54,828 nt of DNA. Source: a virus. Taxonomy: Duplodnaviria > Heunggongvirae > Uroviricota > Caudoviricetes. The DNA is taken from IMG/VR virus record IMGVR_UViG_3300020685_000002, one strand, 5' to 3'. Below the pieces are notes generated by a model. The model was given only the letters and a program-made list of their open reading frames with translations, made no database searches and was not told where the DNA came from. The position numbers were made by a program, and so were the translations under genes. Positions 29,601-40,055 of the stretch are shown one piece after another; the first letter of the stretch is position 1, and every line of letters starts with the position of its first letter.

Positions 29601-29808
29601 TGTAGATTATATTAATAATAATATAATATTGACTTCAAATTTAACAAATGCTGCAAACAATTCGTTATTATCGGTAAATAGAACTTTTGTTGCAACAAGC
29701 CCGTATATTAAAATATATGGTTCTACTGGAACACCAGTTTTTCTTGAAATAACAGATCAATCTGGAAACTCGATAACAACACAAGATGGTTTAATAATTA
29801 CAGCTTAA
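26608..29808 (+). CDS. Large baseplate wedge protein (gp7-like)
   Basis: QLPEY, FL.AYYEW, Y.SKGT..S..FLF.ILY and LLHPSG motifs; lies between 6 and 8. Confidence 0.7.
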   Translation: MNTSQNISTLLQSQLPEYIRGDPSYSNFVSFLQAYYEWMEQDSDTNNTNVLYNSKNILNYNDIDNTTEKFLEYYVNDFLQFFPKDSLVSPQLAIKAAKELYRSKGTPASYKFLFKILYNSDFDLFFTKDAILEASSGVWYIPKSLKLYTTDTAYLNIQNTRIFGETSKSIATVENSVLAGNKTEVFISNIERLFNSGEMVRIVDSNNQDIYFLNSQIVQKDQNGNYPVGAYNLRTKLVGQVSQINIDPQNRGLYYNPGDPVVVYGGLNQSISNPIGATAHVGTTTSGSVKQIIPTTGGFGYTSNTLISISNAPGAIAIVGSLTAQLPPVPVISNPGSGYNVGDIVIKGNTQSHFAFADVSQVDENGSVTSIIYRNGLNANVILGITANVLSSNIFATNAAITISTVPGNGAANATYIVADTIDLKLQEPHLGHSSGIQLGSSASPIPYYFSKLPSANINSKLSDAFTFESFSTFAISSIFVENGGGGIASLPSIAAESIYPTDVYDPSDPTNALGNNITGNLANLGILSPIQIVNPGTGYQINDRIIFSGGSGYGANAIVSQVSPSGGITQIDFKYPNAGNIEYPLGGMGYKQSSLPVVVVNSSNVLASNAALLVPGILGSGATFSVSTDRIGSVTTIDLVTYGEDYISQPNVSLYIQDVVVSNTSTSDIIQSGDIVYQGISANNPSYVATVDSVSELTYNAIQESSLYNLRVFNYSSKINPALPLVVQNKPINLKLANTAFPLNTFYPGSPEYDVNGIKTYGDGNAKATSKFLNGLAIGAGQYLTSQGQLSSFSVLQNENYNNFTYQITVEAEISKYREMLLKLLHPSGMKIIGRYSIKSDVMNEITASDTLVFGHTLQYYSSSLLTTATMVADFINKSNNIISFSNLFGSGIIGIFANSIVEITSSAGDSIKSDVVSIDTTKNTITLKTNTWLTFSNVAYVSANVGSNTISVLSLTGSYDIINSGNYTNSSYPLMDIVRAGDKILIPNNTVKIVSGVDYINNNIILTSNLTNAANNSLLSVNRTFVATSPYIKIYGSTGTPVFLEITDQSGNSITTQDGLIITA

Positions 29809-29828
29809 CAATTACATTAGGTTAAAAA

Positions 29829-30926
29829 ATGGCAACGATTAAAATTTCAGATTTACCTTCAAGTGGGTTAAATTCAAGTTCAAATACTTCAAACATATAT
29901 TTTGTGATTGTTGATGCTTCTACGAATACAACATACAAAGCAACAGAAACGCAATTATCTCAAAGCATTTTTAATAGTAATATATTAAATGTTGGTCAAG
30001 CTCCGATAATTTTTCCGAATATAAGTGCGCAAATTTCTGGGAATTCTTCCCCATATTTGCAAATTAATCATCAGAATTTAATGCCAAATTCTTCAGTGGA
30101 TTTTATTGGGACTGCTGACGTTGGAACAAATCTCTACAATTATATTGATCTTGGTATAAATGGTTCTACATTTTCTGACGCCACATATTCTTCAATGAAT
30201 GCGTTAGATGGATATTTGTATGTTCAAGGGTCATCTTTATCCCCATATTCTGGGAATTTAGTAATTGGAACTGCTTCGGCTAACGCAAATATAGTTTTTA
30301 TTGCTGGCGGAACAACATCAAGCAATGTTGTGGGAAGAATGAGTTCAAATAAAATGGATATTTTAGTTCCATCTTCAATTTCAGCAAATTCTAATACTGT
30401 TGCATTTACAATAAATCAATTAGGAAATGGAGCTTCGTTCATTATTAATGACGAGACAGTACCTGACGCAACCCCATTCTATATTGATTCAAATGGAAAT
30501 GTTGGTATTGCGACGACAAATACAGCAAATAATAAATTAACTGTTGTTGGTGATAGTTATTTTACTGGTAATTTTAATGTTTCTGGAAACTTAGCTATTA
30601 AAAATACAGTGGCATATACTCCAAGAATTTTATTTGGCGCACAAACAGCAATTACTATAAATTTCTCTACAGACTCCCTCGTTAGAGCAACAATGGCTGC
30701 GAATCTTACAATGTCATTTGCCAATTATTCTCCTGGAAGAGTTGTTGAAGTTTGGATAACAAACACTTCTGGCGCGAGTCAAAATTTAATTCATGGCCTT
30801 GTTGCAGTAAACTCAACAGCAAATAACTATTTGTTTTCTATCCCTGGAAACTCAACAATAGTTTCTAAATTTATTTCGTTTGCTTCTGATATTGGTAATA
30901 CGTTTAATTCAATAACACACATATAA
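29829..30926 (+). CDS. Putative tail/baseplate structural protein
   Basis: MATIKISDLP start, GNVGI.T motif, Ser/Asn/Thr-rich beta composition. Confidence 0.6.
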   Translation: MATIKISDLPSSGLNSSSNTSNIYFVIVDASTNTTYKATETQLSQSIFNSNILNVGQAPIIFPNISAQISGNSSPYLQINHQNLMPNSSVDFIGTADVGTNLYNYIDLGINGSTFSDATYSSMNALDGYLYVQGSSLSPYSGNLVIGTASANANIVFIAGGTTSSNVVGRMSSNKMDILVPSSISANSNTVAFTINQLGNGASFIINDETVPDATPFYIDSNGNVGIATTNTANNKLTVVGDSYFTGNFNVSGNLAIKNTVAYTPRILFGAQTAITINFSTDSLVRATMAANLTMSFANYSPGRVVEVWITNTSGASQNLIHGLVAVNSTANNYLFSIPGNSTIVSKFISFASDIGNTFNSITHI

Positions 30927-30930
30927 AATT

Positions 30931-32322
30931 ATGGCAAATAATCAAACATTACTTACAAATGCTTCAAAATTTTCAGCAGTGAAAAATATGTATTATTCAC
31001 CTGTAGCATTGGTGCAAAATGCATTATATTCACAAATGTTTTGTTTTCTTTCACATGTTGATCCTTGGCCAGACGCAAATAACCCACCAGTCCCACTACA
31101 AGATCAACGATCACTAAAACAAATTATGAAAGGTATATTTGTTGCTAAACCGATTGGCACAAATCAAATGTCTCCTGTTATTAGAAGAATTAATTGGACA
31201 AGTGGATCTATTTACGATTATTATCAAGATAATGTTGACATGTTTGAAACAAACATGGTTAATGATATGATGACAGGTACATATACCTATACATTCTATA
31301 TCAATAACAAATATGATCAAGTATTTAAATGTTTATGGAACAATAATGGTGGAGCTTCAATTGTAGAACCATATTTTGAACCAGGATCATATAACACAAA
31401 TAATATATTTAAAGGTTCTGATGGATATAAATGGAAATATATCTACACAATAGATTATGCCTCAAAAGTTGAATTTATGGATACTAATTGGATTCCAGTA
31501 CCAATTAAAGAATATTCATCTAATCCACTGAAAAATCCTTCTGTTGGTTATGGAAATATTGATGTTATAAATGTTACTAATGGCGGTTCTGGATATTCAA
31601 ACTCTGCAATTACTGTAACTATTTCAGGGGACAATACTACACAAGCAACTGGGTATGCTACTACTGATAATGGGACAATTTCAGATATTATTGTAACTAA
31701 TAGCGGAGCAAATTATATAACAGCAAATGTAACAATATCATCTTCTTCTGGATATGGAGCAACAGCAATTGCCCCAGTATCTCCAATAGGAGGTCATGGA
31801 CAGGACGCATTATCAGAACTTGGGTGTTGTAATATTATGATCACAACAACATTTTCTGGAATTGAACAAGATACTTCTGGAACGCAAATGATTCCAACAG
31901 ATATAACATATTATCAATTGGGAATTTTGTCAAATCCAACATCAGTCAGTACCTCCCCAGATATTGCAAACCCGATTATATATAAAACAACAACAGATCT
32001 AATTGTTGCTGGTGGTTTTGGTGTTTTTGTTTCAGATGAAATAATATATCAAGGTTCTAGTCTTGCAGCAGCAACTTTTACTGGTACAGTTTTATCTTTT
32101 GATCCTGCTTCAAATATTTTGAAGGTACTAAATACTAGCGGAATACTGAATATTAACGCTCCAGTTTTTGGAAATTTTTCAAATACAGTAAGAACTCTAT
32201 TGGCGTATAATTTGCCTGATTTAGTTACTCTTTCTGGTGATATTGTATATATTGATAATAGGACTGGAATACAAAGAAGTTATGATGGTATTGAACAATT
32301 TAAAATAGTATTGGGTTACTAA
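30931..32322 (+). CDS. 8: Baseplate wedge subunit gp8
   Basis: R.NW.SG..YD.Y, VFKCL.N, DGYKWKY.YTI, GGHG.D and SG...YIDNR motifs. Confidence 0.9.
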   Translation: MANNQTLLTNASKFSAVKNMYYSPVALVQNALYSQMFCFLSHVDPWPDANNPPVPLQDQRSLKQIMKGIFVAKPIGTNQMSPVIRRINWTSGSIYDYYQDNVDMFETNMVNDMMTGTYTYTFYINNKYDQVFKCLWNNNGGASIVEPYFEPGSYNTNNIFKGSDGYKWKYIYTIDYASKVEFMDTNWIPVPIKEYSSNPLKNPSVGYGNIDVINVTNGGSGYSNSAITVTISGDNTTQATGYATTDNGTISDIIVTNSGANYITANVTISSSSGYGATAIAPVSPIGGHGQDALSELGCCNIMITTTFSGIEQDTSGTQMIPTDITYYQLGILSNPTSVSTSPDIANPIIYKTTTDLIVAGGFGVFVSDEIIYQGSSLAAATFTGTVLSFDPASNILKVLNTSGILNINAPVFGNFSNTVRTLLAYNLPDLVTLSGDIVYIDNRTGIQRSYDGIEQFKIVLGY

Positions 32323-32334
32323 AAGGAAAAATAA

Positions 32335-35300
32335 ATGGCTTTAAATTTTAATACTCAACCATATATGGATGATTTTGATCCAAGTAAAAATTTTCATAGA
32401 ATATTGTTCAAACCAGGAGTAGCGGTTCAGGCAAGGGAATTAACCCAAGCACAAACAATATTACAAAATCAAATATCAAATTTTGCTTCTAGTATTTTTT
32501 CGCAAAATACTCCAGTTTCTGGTGGAAATGTTACTACAAATTTAACTACTAATTATATTAAGTTAAATCAGACATATAACAATTCTCCAATAAAGGCTTC
32601 AGTTTTTTTAAATAAGTTAATAACCGATTCAACTGGAACAATTTTAGCGAGAGTAATTGCAACAGAAGAAGCAACGTTTCCAGGAACTATTTCTGGCGAT
32701 CCACCAACATTAATTGTTACATATATATCAGGGACAAAATTTTCTGATAATATGGGAATTTTTACAACAGATAATACAAATTTTGCTGCTTCTTCAATTG
32801 GTATTACTGGTGGCACAACATGTACTGGGTTAAGTTCTGTTGCTTCGATATCTCCAGGAGTTTTTTATGTTGTAAATGGATATAATATGTCTTCCATCGC
32901 TAATAGTGATGGATCATTTAATAAATATTCTATTGGAAATTTTGTTTCTGTATTAGAACAAACTGTCATTTTAAGCAAATATAGCAATTCTCCATCTGTT
33001 AGAGTTGGTCTAGAAATAAATGAAACAATTATTGATTATGTTAATGATTCTTCATTATTAGATCCAGCTGTTGGTGCATCAAATTTCCAAGCTCCAGGGG
33101 CTGATAGATATTCGTTATCTCTAAGTTTAACTACTTATCCTTTAGATTTAGGAAATGATGACCTTTTTATCGAATTAGTTAGAATTGATGCAGGAAATAT
33201 CCTAAAGCAAGTTGATGGTACTGTATATTCTACTATTGATGATTATTTCGCAAAAAGAGATTTTGAAACAAATGGTGATTACATTGTTACCCCATTTACG
33301 TTTACTCCATCAAAAAACTCTCTTGGAGACTCAACAAAGTACGATTTAAGTATAAGTAAGGGGATTGCTTATGTTCATGGTTATCGTATCGAGAACCAAT
33401 CAAATTTAGTCCTAACATCAGATAGAGCAAGAAATTATAATGCTGTAAATGTTAATGATGTATATATTGATTATGGAAGTTATTTTTTCGTTGATTCTTT
33501 AAGTGGTTTTTTTGATACAACAACCCAACCATCTATAGATTTACATTGCGTTCCATCTGCAAATATTAATTCTACGAGTGTATCTACATATAATTCAACA
33601 TTAGTTGGTGCTGGAAATATTAGAGGATTAAGCTACGTTTCAGATAATGGAAATTCAAGCACTTCTACATACATATATAAAGCATATGTTACTGATATAA
33701 CAACAAAAAATTTAATTGGCTCAGTTACGAGCGCAACATCAACTTCAATCGTAATCAATGATCCATCAAATATATTTTCAGTGACATCTAATGCATATAT
33801 TAATATGCCAATAACTATAACAAGCGGAACTGCAGCTGGAGATATAAGAAACATAACATCATACATTGTTACTGGTGGTGTAAAAACAATATCTGTAAAT
33901 GCTCCATTTACTGTAAACCCATCATCAACTTCTACCTTTACATTGTCCATGTCTAGCACTGATGTTGAATCAATTGTCCAAACAGTAGGTTCTGGGTCTT
34001 ATGCATTAACTGCTAACGTGAACATTAATATCGCTTCAGGAAAAAGTGGTTCTGTAATTTCTGGAGATGCTGTTTTAGAAAATCCACAAACTCCAGAATT
34101 AATATTTCCAATAGGGAATCCTTATGTTTCAAGTATTTCAAATTCTTCATATACATCGACAAAAAACTGGAGAAACAAGGTATTTTCTTCTGGTGGAATA
34201 TTAACACTTAATATAACTTCTGGACCATTAACATTTATAGGTTCTGGAGTATTATCTGACAGCACAATTAAACAAAATTATTTTATTGTTGATTCTACAA
34301 CCAATCAACTTTTAGATATTTCTAATTCTGATGGAACTACTATTACTGTAACACCATCCAAAACACAAATAACATTTTCAAATCCATCTTTTGCAAATAA
34401 ACATGTAAATATTTCAACAATAGTAAATGTCACAAGCGCTGATAGTTCTGCTGGTGGAATATTAAAAGCAAAAAATTTGATTGTTGGTAGTAATACAACA
34501 ATCAGTACATCTGGACCAGATAGTGGTGGTGCTTTAAATGGAACAACTTTTGTTGATTTAACGTATGGACAAGTTTATATTCTAAACACTGGGTTATCGA
34601 GTAGTAATATCTCTTTATATGTTTCTGATGTTAAAAAAATAACAAGAATTATTGATACAAAATCTCCAACCACTTTTCCATCATTTGGGATGCTCACATC
34701 TTCTGCATATGATGTAACTAATTTATATTCGCTTAATAATGGCCAAAAAGACTCACATTATGATCATGCAAGTATATCTTTAATTCCAGGTGCTAATTCC
34801 CCAAAAGGAAATTTATTAATCATATTTGATAGATATTCTCACTCAAGTGGTGATGGTTATTTTAGTGTTCTATCTTATTTGTCAACAACATATGGCGGTA
34901 TTTCCACATCTCCAGAACAATATCAAAATATTCCAACATATCTATCTCAAAGCGGAAATTCTTATAGATTATCTGATTGTTTAGATTTTAGACCAGTCAG
35001 AGCTTCTGCAAAAAGTACATTTGCTTACGAATATAATACTCCTTTGTCTTCTGATGGTGGAATATTAATACCAAATGCAACAACTCAATTCCAAAGCGCA
35101 TATTCATATTATCTTCCAAGAAAAGATATATTAATTTTAAGTAAAGACAAAAGTTTTAATATTATTGAAGGTACTGCTGCAACAAATCCAATTTTCCCAC
35201 CAACACCAAATGGGGCTTTGCTTCTTGCTAAGTTATCTTTAGATGCATACACTGCGTATGTTCCAGGAGAAAACCCATCAGGAACAATTCCAAACCTTTC

Positions 35301-37665
35301 TGTTGATCCAGTACCACATAATCGTTGGGCTAAATCGGATATTACAGATCTTCAAACAAGAGTAAATAATCTTGAATATTATACTTCATTAAGCATTTTA
35401 GAACAAAACGCACAATCATTACAAGTTTCAGATGCTAATGGATTAAATAGGTTTAAAAATGGTATTTTGGTTGATGACTTTTCTTCTTATTCTACAGCAG
35501 ATACAACAAATCAAGACTTTGCTGCAAATATAAACATAAGAACAAAACAATTATCTCCAATTACAGTAGTAGACAATTTTCAATTAAATAATCCTATTGT
35601 ATTAAATAGTTTGGGAACATTAACTGCTACAAATACATTTGCTGTGTCAAGTCTTGGTGGAACCAGAACAAATTTATTTACATTACCATATACAACTTCT
35701 AACATAATAACTCAACCATTAGCGACAAGTACAATCAGTTTAAATCCTTTTGCTGTTACAATTTATCAAGGTATTGCTTCGTTATTTCCTCCTATGGATA
35801 ATTGGGTTGATACTACACAATCTCCTGCACTATTATCAAATTCTCCTGGATTGCAAATTAGTCAACAAACAAATGGAGTTAATGTTATAAATGCTGGTGA
35901 TTTTGCTATAATCCCAGGAACTATATCTTCTTCGTCTTCTTCTACCTCTACTGGTGGAATAATAAATCATGGTGCATTTAATGGTCCATTTGGATCTCAA
36001 GTCGGGTATTCTGCAACAACTACAACGACTTATACAAGCAGTTTACTTCTACAAAATATCTCAACATCTATAAATTCTTCTCCAGCATTAAATGTTAATA
36101 ATGGATATTTAAGTAATATTGCTATCTTACCATATATAAGACCTCAACAAATAGGATTTAAAGTTAAAGGTCTTTTGGTAAATACACCAGTATCAACATG
36201 GTTTGATGGGGTTAATATTGATAAATACATTTCTTCTCCAAATACAATAGAATTAACTGGAGTAACTGGAACTTTTAATGAAGGAGATGTTGTTGGTTTT
36301 TACATCTTAAACGTATTTAATCCAACAGCAAGGGTTGAAGGAACATATGTTTATCCAGGAACATCTAATGTTAGGTTGTATGTAACAAATTTAATCGGTG
36401 CTCCTACATATACAACAACAAATGTAATTCAAAATGCAAATTTTGACGCCAATGGTAATTACTCAGGAACTACTGCCAGTGGAAGTGTAAATTCTGGTGT
36501 TACTCCTTTATTAACTTCTGGACAAGTAACTTCGGTTGGTGGTTCTTATACACTTTCTGGTGGAGGAACTACATATATGATTTATGCTGTACAAGACCCA
36601 AATGAATGGTGTTCTTTTATGAATCAATATGCAGTATGGCAGGATTTAAATTCTTCTGTTTCAACTTGGAATTCTCCACTATTCTATCAAACATTATCTG
36701 CTGGTTTATATACATACACATTAGCTGTTGATAATACTGCAACAATATATTTGGATGGTTCCGCAATTACAACATATTCTGGATTTACAACTCCAGTTAC
36801 TGGGATAATGACAGTCGCAACAACTGGCAGCCATTCAATTTCTTGGAGCGCAACAAATACTGGCGGTCCAGCAGGGTTTGCACTCTCTATTAAAGACTCT
36901 TCTGGAAACGAAGTATTTAATTCTAGAACACCACCAAACGCAAGTTATAATAATGTAGCACAGGAACTGGTAATGCCACAGGGTGGTGCTTGGTTCTCTG
37001 GCGCCACAGCAATTGCATTAGATCAAAATTGTTCAAGTATTCCAAACTTTTATGTTGGAGCAACAATAAATATTACATCTACATATGTGTATTCTTACAC
37101 ACTACAAACTGCAACATATGTTCCACCACCTCCTCCTCCAAGCGGTGGTGGTGGTGGCGGTGGTGGCGGTGGTTCTATAATTTGTACAAAATTATTTGAA
37201 CTTGGATTACTTGACTGGAGTATTTATGAAGCTGATGAGGCTTTTGGTAAAATGATCAAAGAAAATAATCCAGAAATTTATGAAGGATATATTCGTTGGG
37301 CATCTATTGTTGTTGATTGGATGAACGGTTCAGGTCCAGATATTATGTTCTGGATCAAAGATGATGTTCAAAGAAAAAATAAACAAAAAGAAATGGTAAC
37401 AAAATGGACACAAAGAATTGCAACTCCATGGGCTGAGCATATGGCATACAAAATGGGTGTTCTTGAAATGGATAATAAAGTTGGAAAATTTATTATGTCT
37501 GTTGGATTCCCAATTTGTAAAATTGCAAATGTATTAATAAATAAGAATAAGAAACCAAACATAATAATTGGCTATAGTATGTGGGCTTTATTTTCGGTTT
37601 TGTATTCAATTAGTACAATTTTCAAAAAAGAAACTAAACAATCGGTGGAAGTAAATGTCATATAA
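32335..37665 (+). CDS. VrlC/DUF4815-like large baseplate/fibre protein, N-terminal part, ending in a Pro/Gly linker and IICT domain
   Basis: FN..PY.DDF, LFKPG.AVQARELTQ.Q, APGADR, LEYYTSLS.LE and RFKNG..VDDF motifs. Confidence 0.8.
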   Translation: MALNFNTQPYMDDFDPSKNFHRILFKPGVAVQARELTQAQTILQNQISNFASSIFSQNTPVSGGNVTTNLTTNYIKLNQTYNNSPIKASVFLNKLITDSTGTILARVIATEEATFPGTISGDPPTLIVTYISGTKFSDNMGIFTTDNTNFAASSIGITGGTTCTGLSSVASISPGVFYVVNGYNMSSIANSDGSFNKYSIGNFVSVLEQTVILSKYSNSPSVRVGLEINETIIDYVNDSSLLDPAVGASNFQAPGADRYSLSLSLTTYPLDLGNDDLFIELVRIDAGNILKQVDGTVYSTIDDYFAKRDFETNGDYIVTPFTFTPSKNSLGDSTKYDLSISKGIAYVHGYRIENQSNLVLTSDRARNYNAVNVNDVYIDYGSYFFVDSLSGFFDTTTQPSIDLHCVPSANINSTSVSTYNSTLVGAGNIRGLSYVSDNGNSSTSTYIYKAYVTDITTKNLIGSVTSATSTSIVINDPSNIFSVTSNAYINMPITITSGTAAGDIRNITSYIVTGGVKTISVNAPFTVNPSSTSTFTLSMSSTDVESIVQTVGSGSYALTANVNINIASGKSGSVISGDAVLENPQTPELIFPIGNPYVSSISNSSYTSTKNWRNKVFSSGGILTLNITSGPLTFIGSGVLSDSTIKQNYFIVDSTTNQLLDISNSDGTTITVTPSKTQITFSNPSFANKHVNISTIVNVTSADSSAGGILKAKNLIVGSNTTISTSGPDSGGALNGTTFVDLTYGQVYILNTGLSSSNISLYVSDVKKITRIIDTKSPTTFPSFGMLTSSAYDVTNLYSLNNGQKDSHYDHASISLIPGANSPKGNLLIIFDRYSHSSGDGYFSVLSYLSTTYGGISTSPEQYQNIPTYLSQSGNSYRLSDCLDFRPVRASAKSTFAYEYNTPLSSDGGILIPNATTQFQSAYSYYLPRKDILILSKDKSFNIIEGTAATNPIFPPTPNGALLLAKLSLDAYTAYVPGENPSGTIPNLSVDPVPHNRWAKSDITDLQTRVNNLEYYTSLSILEQNAQSLQVSDANGLNRFKNGILVDDFSSYSTADTTNQDFAANINIRTKQLSPITVVDNFQLNNPIVLNSLGTLTATNTFAVSSLGGTRTNLFTLPYTTSNIITQPLATSTISLNPFAVTIYQGIASLFPPMDNWVDTTQSPALLSNSPGLQISQQTNGVNVINAGDFAIIPGTISSSSSSTSTGGIINHGAFNGPFGSQVGYSATTTTTYTSSLLLQNISTSINSSPALNVNNGYLSNIAILPYIRPQQIGFKVKGLLVNTPVSTWFDGVNIDKYISSPNTIELTGVTGTFNEGDVVGFYILNVFNPTARVEGTYVYPGTSNVRLYVTNLIGAPTYTTTNVIQNANFDANGNYSGTTASGSVNSGVTPLLTSGQVTSVGGSYTLSGGGTTYMIYAVQDPNEWCSFMNQYAVWQDLNSSVSTWNSPLFYQTLSAGLYTYTLAVDNTATIYLDGSAITTYSGFTTPVTGIMTVATTGSHSISWSATNTGGPAGFALSIKDSSGNEVFNSRTPPNASYNNVAQELVMPQGGAWFSGATAIALDQNCSSIPNFYVGATINITSTYVYSYTLQTATYVPPPPPPSGGGGGGGGGGSIICTKLFELGLLDWSIYEADEAFGKMIKENNPEIYEGYIRWASIVVDWMNGSGPDIMFWIKDDVQRKNKQKEMVTKWTQRIATPWAEHMAYKMGVLEMDNKVGKFIMSVGFPICKIANVLINKNKKPNIIIGYSMWALFSVLYSISTIFKKETKQSVEVNVI

Positions 37666-39826
37666 TTATAATACATCTCAGACACAAATTCTTTCAAGTA
37701 TATTTACTGATACTGCAAAGATTATTTCTTATGATGCTACAAATAAAATTGCATATTTAGATACTCCTGTCCATGTTTCTTTAGGGTATAATGCTGCAAT
37801 GGGCACAATTACTTCTCATTATAATTTAATTGGTAGTATAACAAATGTTGCCCAAGCTATTTCTTCAGGAACATCTCTTCCAGCATTATCAACAGATGAG
37901 AATGGAAATTTTGTTGGGATATTTAATGTCCCTTCATCAAAATTCCAAACTGGCACAAAAGTTTTTAGGGTTGATAATAGGACAGTAACTACTGATCCAA
38001 CAACTTCAACTTGTTATGCAGAAGCGTCTTTTACTGCTTCAGGTTTATCGGCTCAATCAAATCAAGCAAACTTTTCTCCTTCTGTTGATTCAAGTTCAAT
38101 GAAGTTTACTTCAGTTGCACAAGCTTCACAAACCTTAGTGAATACACTAACAACATATACACCATATGATCCTATAGCTCAATCATTCATAATTGATTCA
38201 ACAAATTATCCTAATGGTGTGTATTTAAAATCAATAAAAGTGTTTTTCTGTACAAAACCTTCTTCTAATATCCCAGTAACTCTGTCTATTGTTCCAACAG
38301 TAAATGGAACACCAAATGGAAGCGCATTAGATTATTCTACCGTAACTTTATCTACAGCACAAGTAAATAATCCAACACCTAATCCACATTATCTTGATCC
38401 AACAACTTATACAGAGTTTATGTTTCATGCTCCTGTATATATTCAGTCTGGTGTTTTATACGCTTTTGTATTAAAAGCTAACTCTCCAGATTATACTGTA
38501 TATTTGGCTCAACAAAATTCTACTGCAATTCCATCAACAGCTAAACCTTTACCAACAAGTGCAAATCCAACTACTCCAACAAAAGTTGGAGCTGCGCCAT
38601 ATGTTGGGGCTTTATTTGAATCTCAAAATTCAATTACATGGTCTGCTGATCAAACAAAAGATTTAATGTTTATAATTGATCAATGCGTTTTTGATACATC
38701 TAAAACACCACAAATTAATTTTAATGTTGTACAAGGTCTTCCATTTAGAAAATTAGGAAAAGATGACATTCAACATAAATTAGATGCAAATAATGTTTCT
38801 AATTTAATAGGCAATTTTTCTGGCAGTTTACGTTCTGATGCGTTTAATATAACAACCACAGATTTTGTTCCAACATCAACTTCAATTGGATATAATTACA
38901 CTGCAACACTTGCAAATGGTAATGTTCCTGATGGACCATATGGAATCTCTCCAGGAAAATTTGGGTGTCCAACACCATCAAATATCCAATTAAATGATGG
39001 TAAAGGTGAAAGAATTTTATTGGCAGCATCGAACTCATCATTCTCTCTTTCTGCTACATTAACTTCTTCTGATCCTAATGTTAGCCCAATAGTTTCTGAT
39101 GATGGTATATCTTTATTTAATTTGAGATATATGATTAATAATATGGGAATACAAAATAATGTTATTGCTATTGCAAATACCGGATATGGATACAATGTGA
39201 ATGCATTTTCTGTAACAGTAAGTTCTCCTGATATTGGATCAGATATTGCTGTTCTTTCTGCTAATCTTTCAAGTAATGGTACAATTTCTACAATTTATTC
39301 TGTATATCCTGGTTCTGGATATTTGACAACACCAACAATCTACATTAATGGAACAAATACATATCCAGCTATTGTTACTGTTTCAGGAGAAACAAGTCCT
39401 CATGGCGGAAATTCTTATGCAAAATATTTTACTAAAAAAGTAATCTTGACTGCTGGGAATGATTCTGGAGATTTAAGAGTATATTATACTGCATATAAAC
39501 CAATAGGAACTGGTGTTTATATTTATTATAAAATATTAAGCAGTAGTGATTCTCAAACATTTGATTCTGGAAATTGGCAATTAATGACACAATTAACAGG
39601 AACAACTTATTCTACATCACAATCTGATTTAATTGAATTTGAATGTGCTCCAGGAGTTAATGGGATAGCGTATAATTCTATTTCATACACAAATACTAGT
39701 GGAACAAATTATACATCATTCATACAATTCGCCATTAAAGTGGTTTTAGCTTCTTCAGATAACACAAATGTTCCTTTCTTATCTGATATCAGAGCATTAG
39801 CATTGCCATCTGGAACAGGAATCTAA
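37655..39826 (+). CDS. VrlC/DUF4815-like protein, C-terminal part
   Basis: TDENG...G.F..P, DPIAQSF, G.LF.SQN..TW..DQ..DL.F and F..FAIK.V....P...D.RA.AL motifs. Confidence 0.78.
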   Translation: MSYNYNTSQTQILSSIFTDTAKIISYDATNKIAYLDTPVHVSLGYNAAMGTITSHYNLIGSITNVAQAISSGTSLPALSTDENGNFVGIFNVPSSKFQTGTKVFRVDNRTVTTDPTTSTCYAEASFTASGLSAQSNQANFSPSVDSSSMKFTSVAQASQTLVNTLTTYTPYDPIAQSFIIDSTNYPNGVYLKSIKVFFCTKPSSNIPVTLSIVPTVNGTPNGSALDYSTVTLSTAQVNNPTPNPHYLDPTTYTEFMFHAPVYIQSGVLYAFVLKANSPDYTVYLAQQNSTAIPSTAKPLPTSANPTTPTKVGAAPYVGALFESQNSITWSADQTKDLMFIIDQCVFDTSKTPQINFNVVQGLPFRKLGKDDIQHKLDANNVSNLIGNFSGSLRSDAFNITTTDFVPTSTSIGYNYTATLANGNVPDGPYGISPGKFGCPTPSNIQLNDGKGERILLAASNSSFSLSATLTSSDPNVSPIVSDDGISLFNLRYMINNMGIQNNVIAIANTGYGYNVNAFSVTVSSPDIGSDIAVLSANLSSNGTISTIYSVYPGSGYLTTPTIYINGTNTYPAIVTVSGETSPHGGNSYAKYFTKKVILTAGNDSGDLRVYYTAYKPIGTGVYIYYKILSSSDSQTFDSGNWQLMTQLTGTTYSTSQSDLIEFECAPGVNGIAYNSISYTNTSGTNYTSFIQFAIKVVLASSDNTNVPFLSDIRALALPSGTGI

Positions 39827-39827
39827 T

Positions 39828-40055
39828 ATGTATGTAAAAGTTACTGGAACTAATTTTGTCAGAGATATAAATTCTATGGCAATTATTAATACAGATAATA
39901 ATGAAAAGAATGAATACTATTCAAAACAAAAACTATTAAGTACCCAAAAACAAGAACTAAATAATATTAGATCTGAAATTGACGAAATGAAAAGTGATGT
40001 TTCTGACATAAAACAATTATTGCTACAATTAATGGACAAAGGTTCTCATGGCTAA
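39828..40055 (+). CDS. Small coiled-coil conserved hypothetical protein
   Basis: RD..S.AI.NTD and EI..MK.D..DIK.LL..L motifs. Confidence 0.7.
   Translation: MYVKVTGTNFVRDINSMAIINTDNNEKNEYYSKQKLLSTQKQELNNIRSEIDEMKSDVSDIKQLLLQLMDKGSHG

Noticed and set aside
37620..37665. Frameshift joining the two VrlC-like halves
   Set aside because: The A-run is not in slippery phase, and a TAA directly precedes ATG 37655 in the downstream frame.
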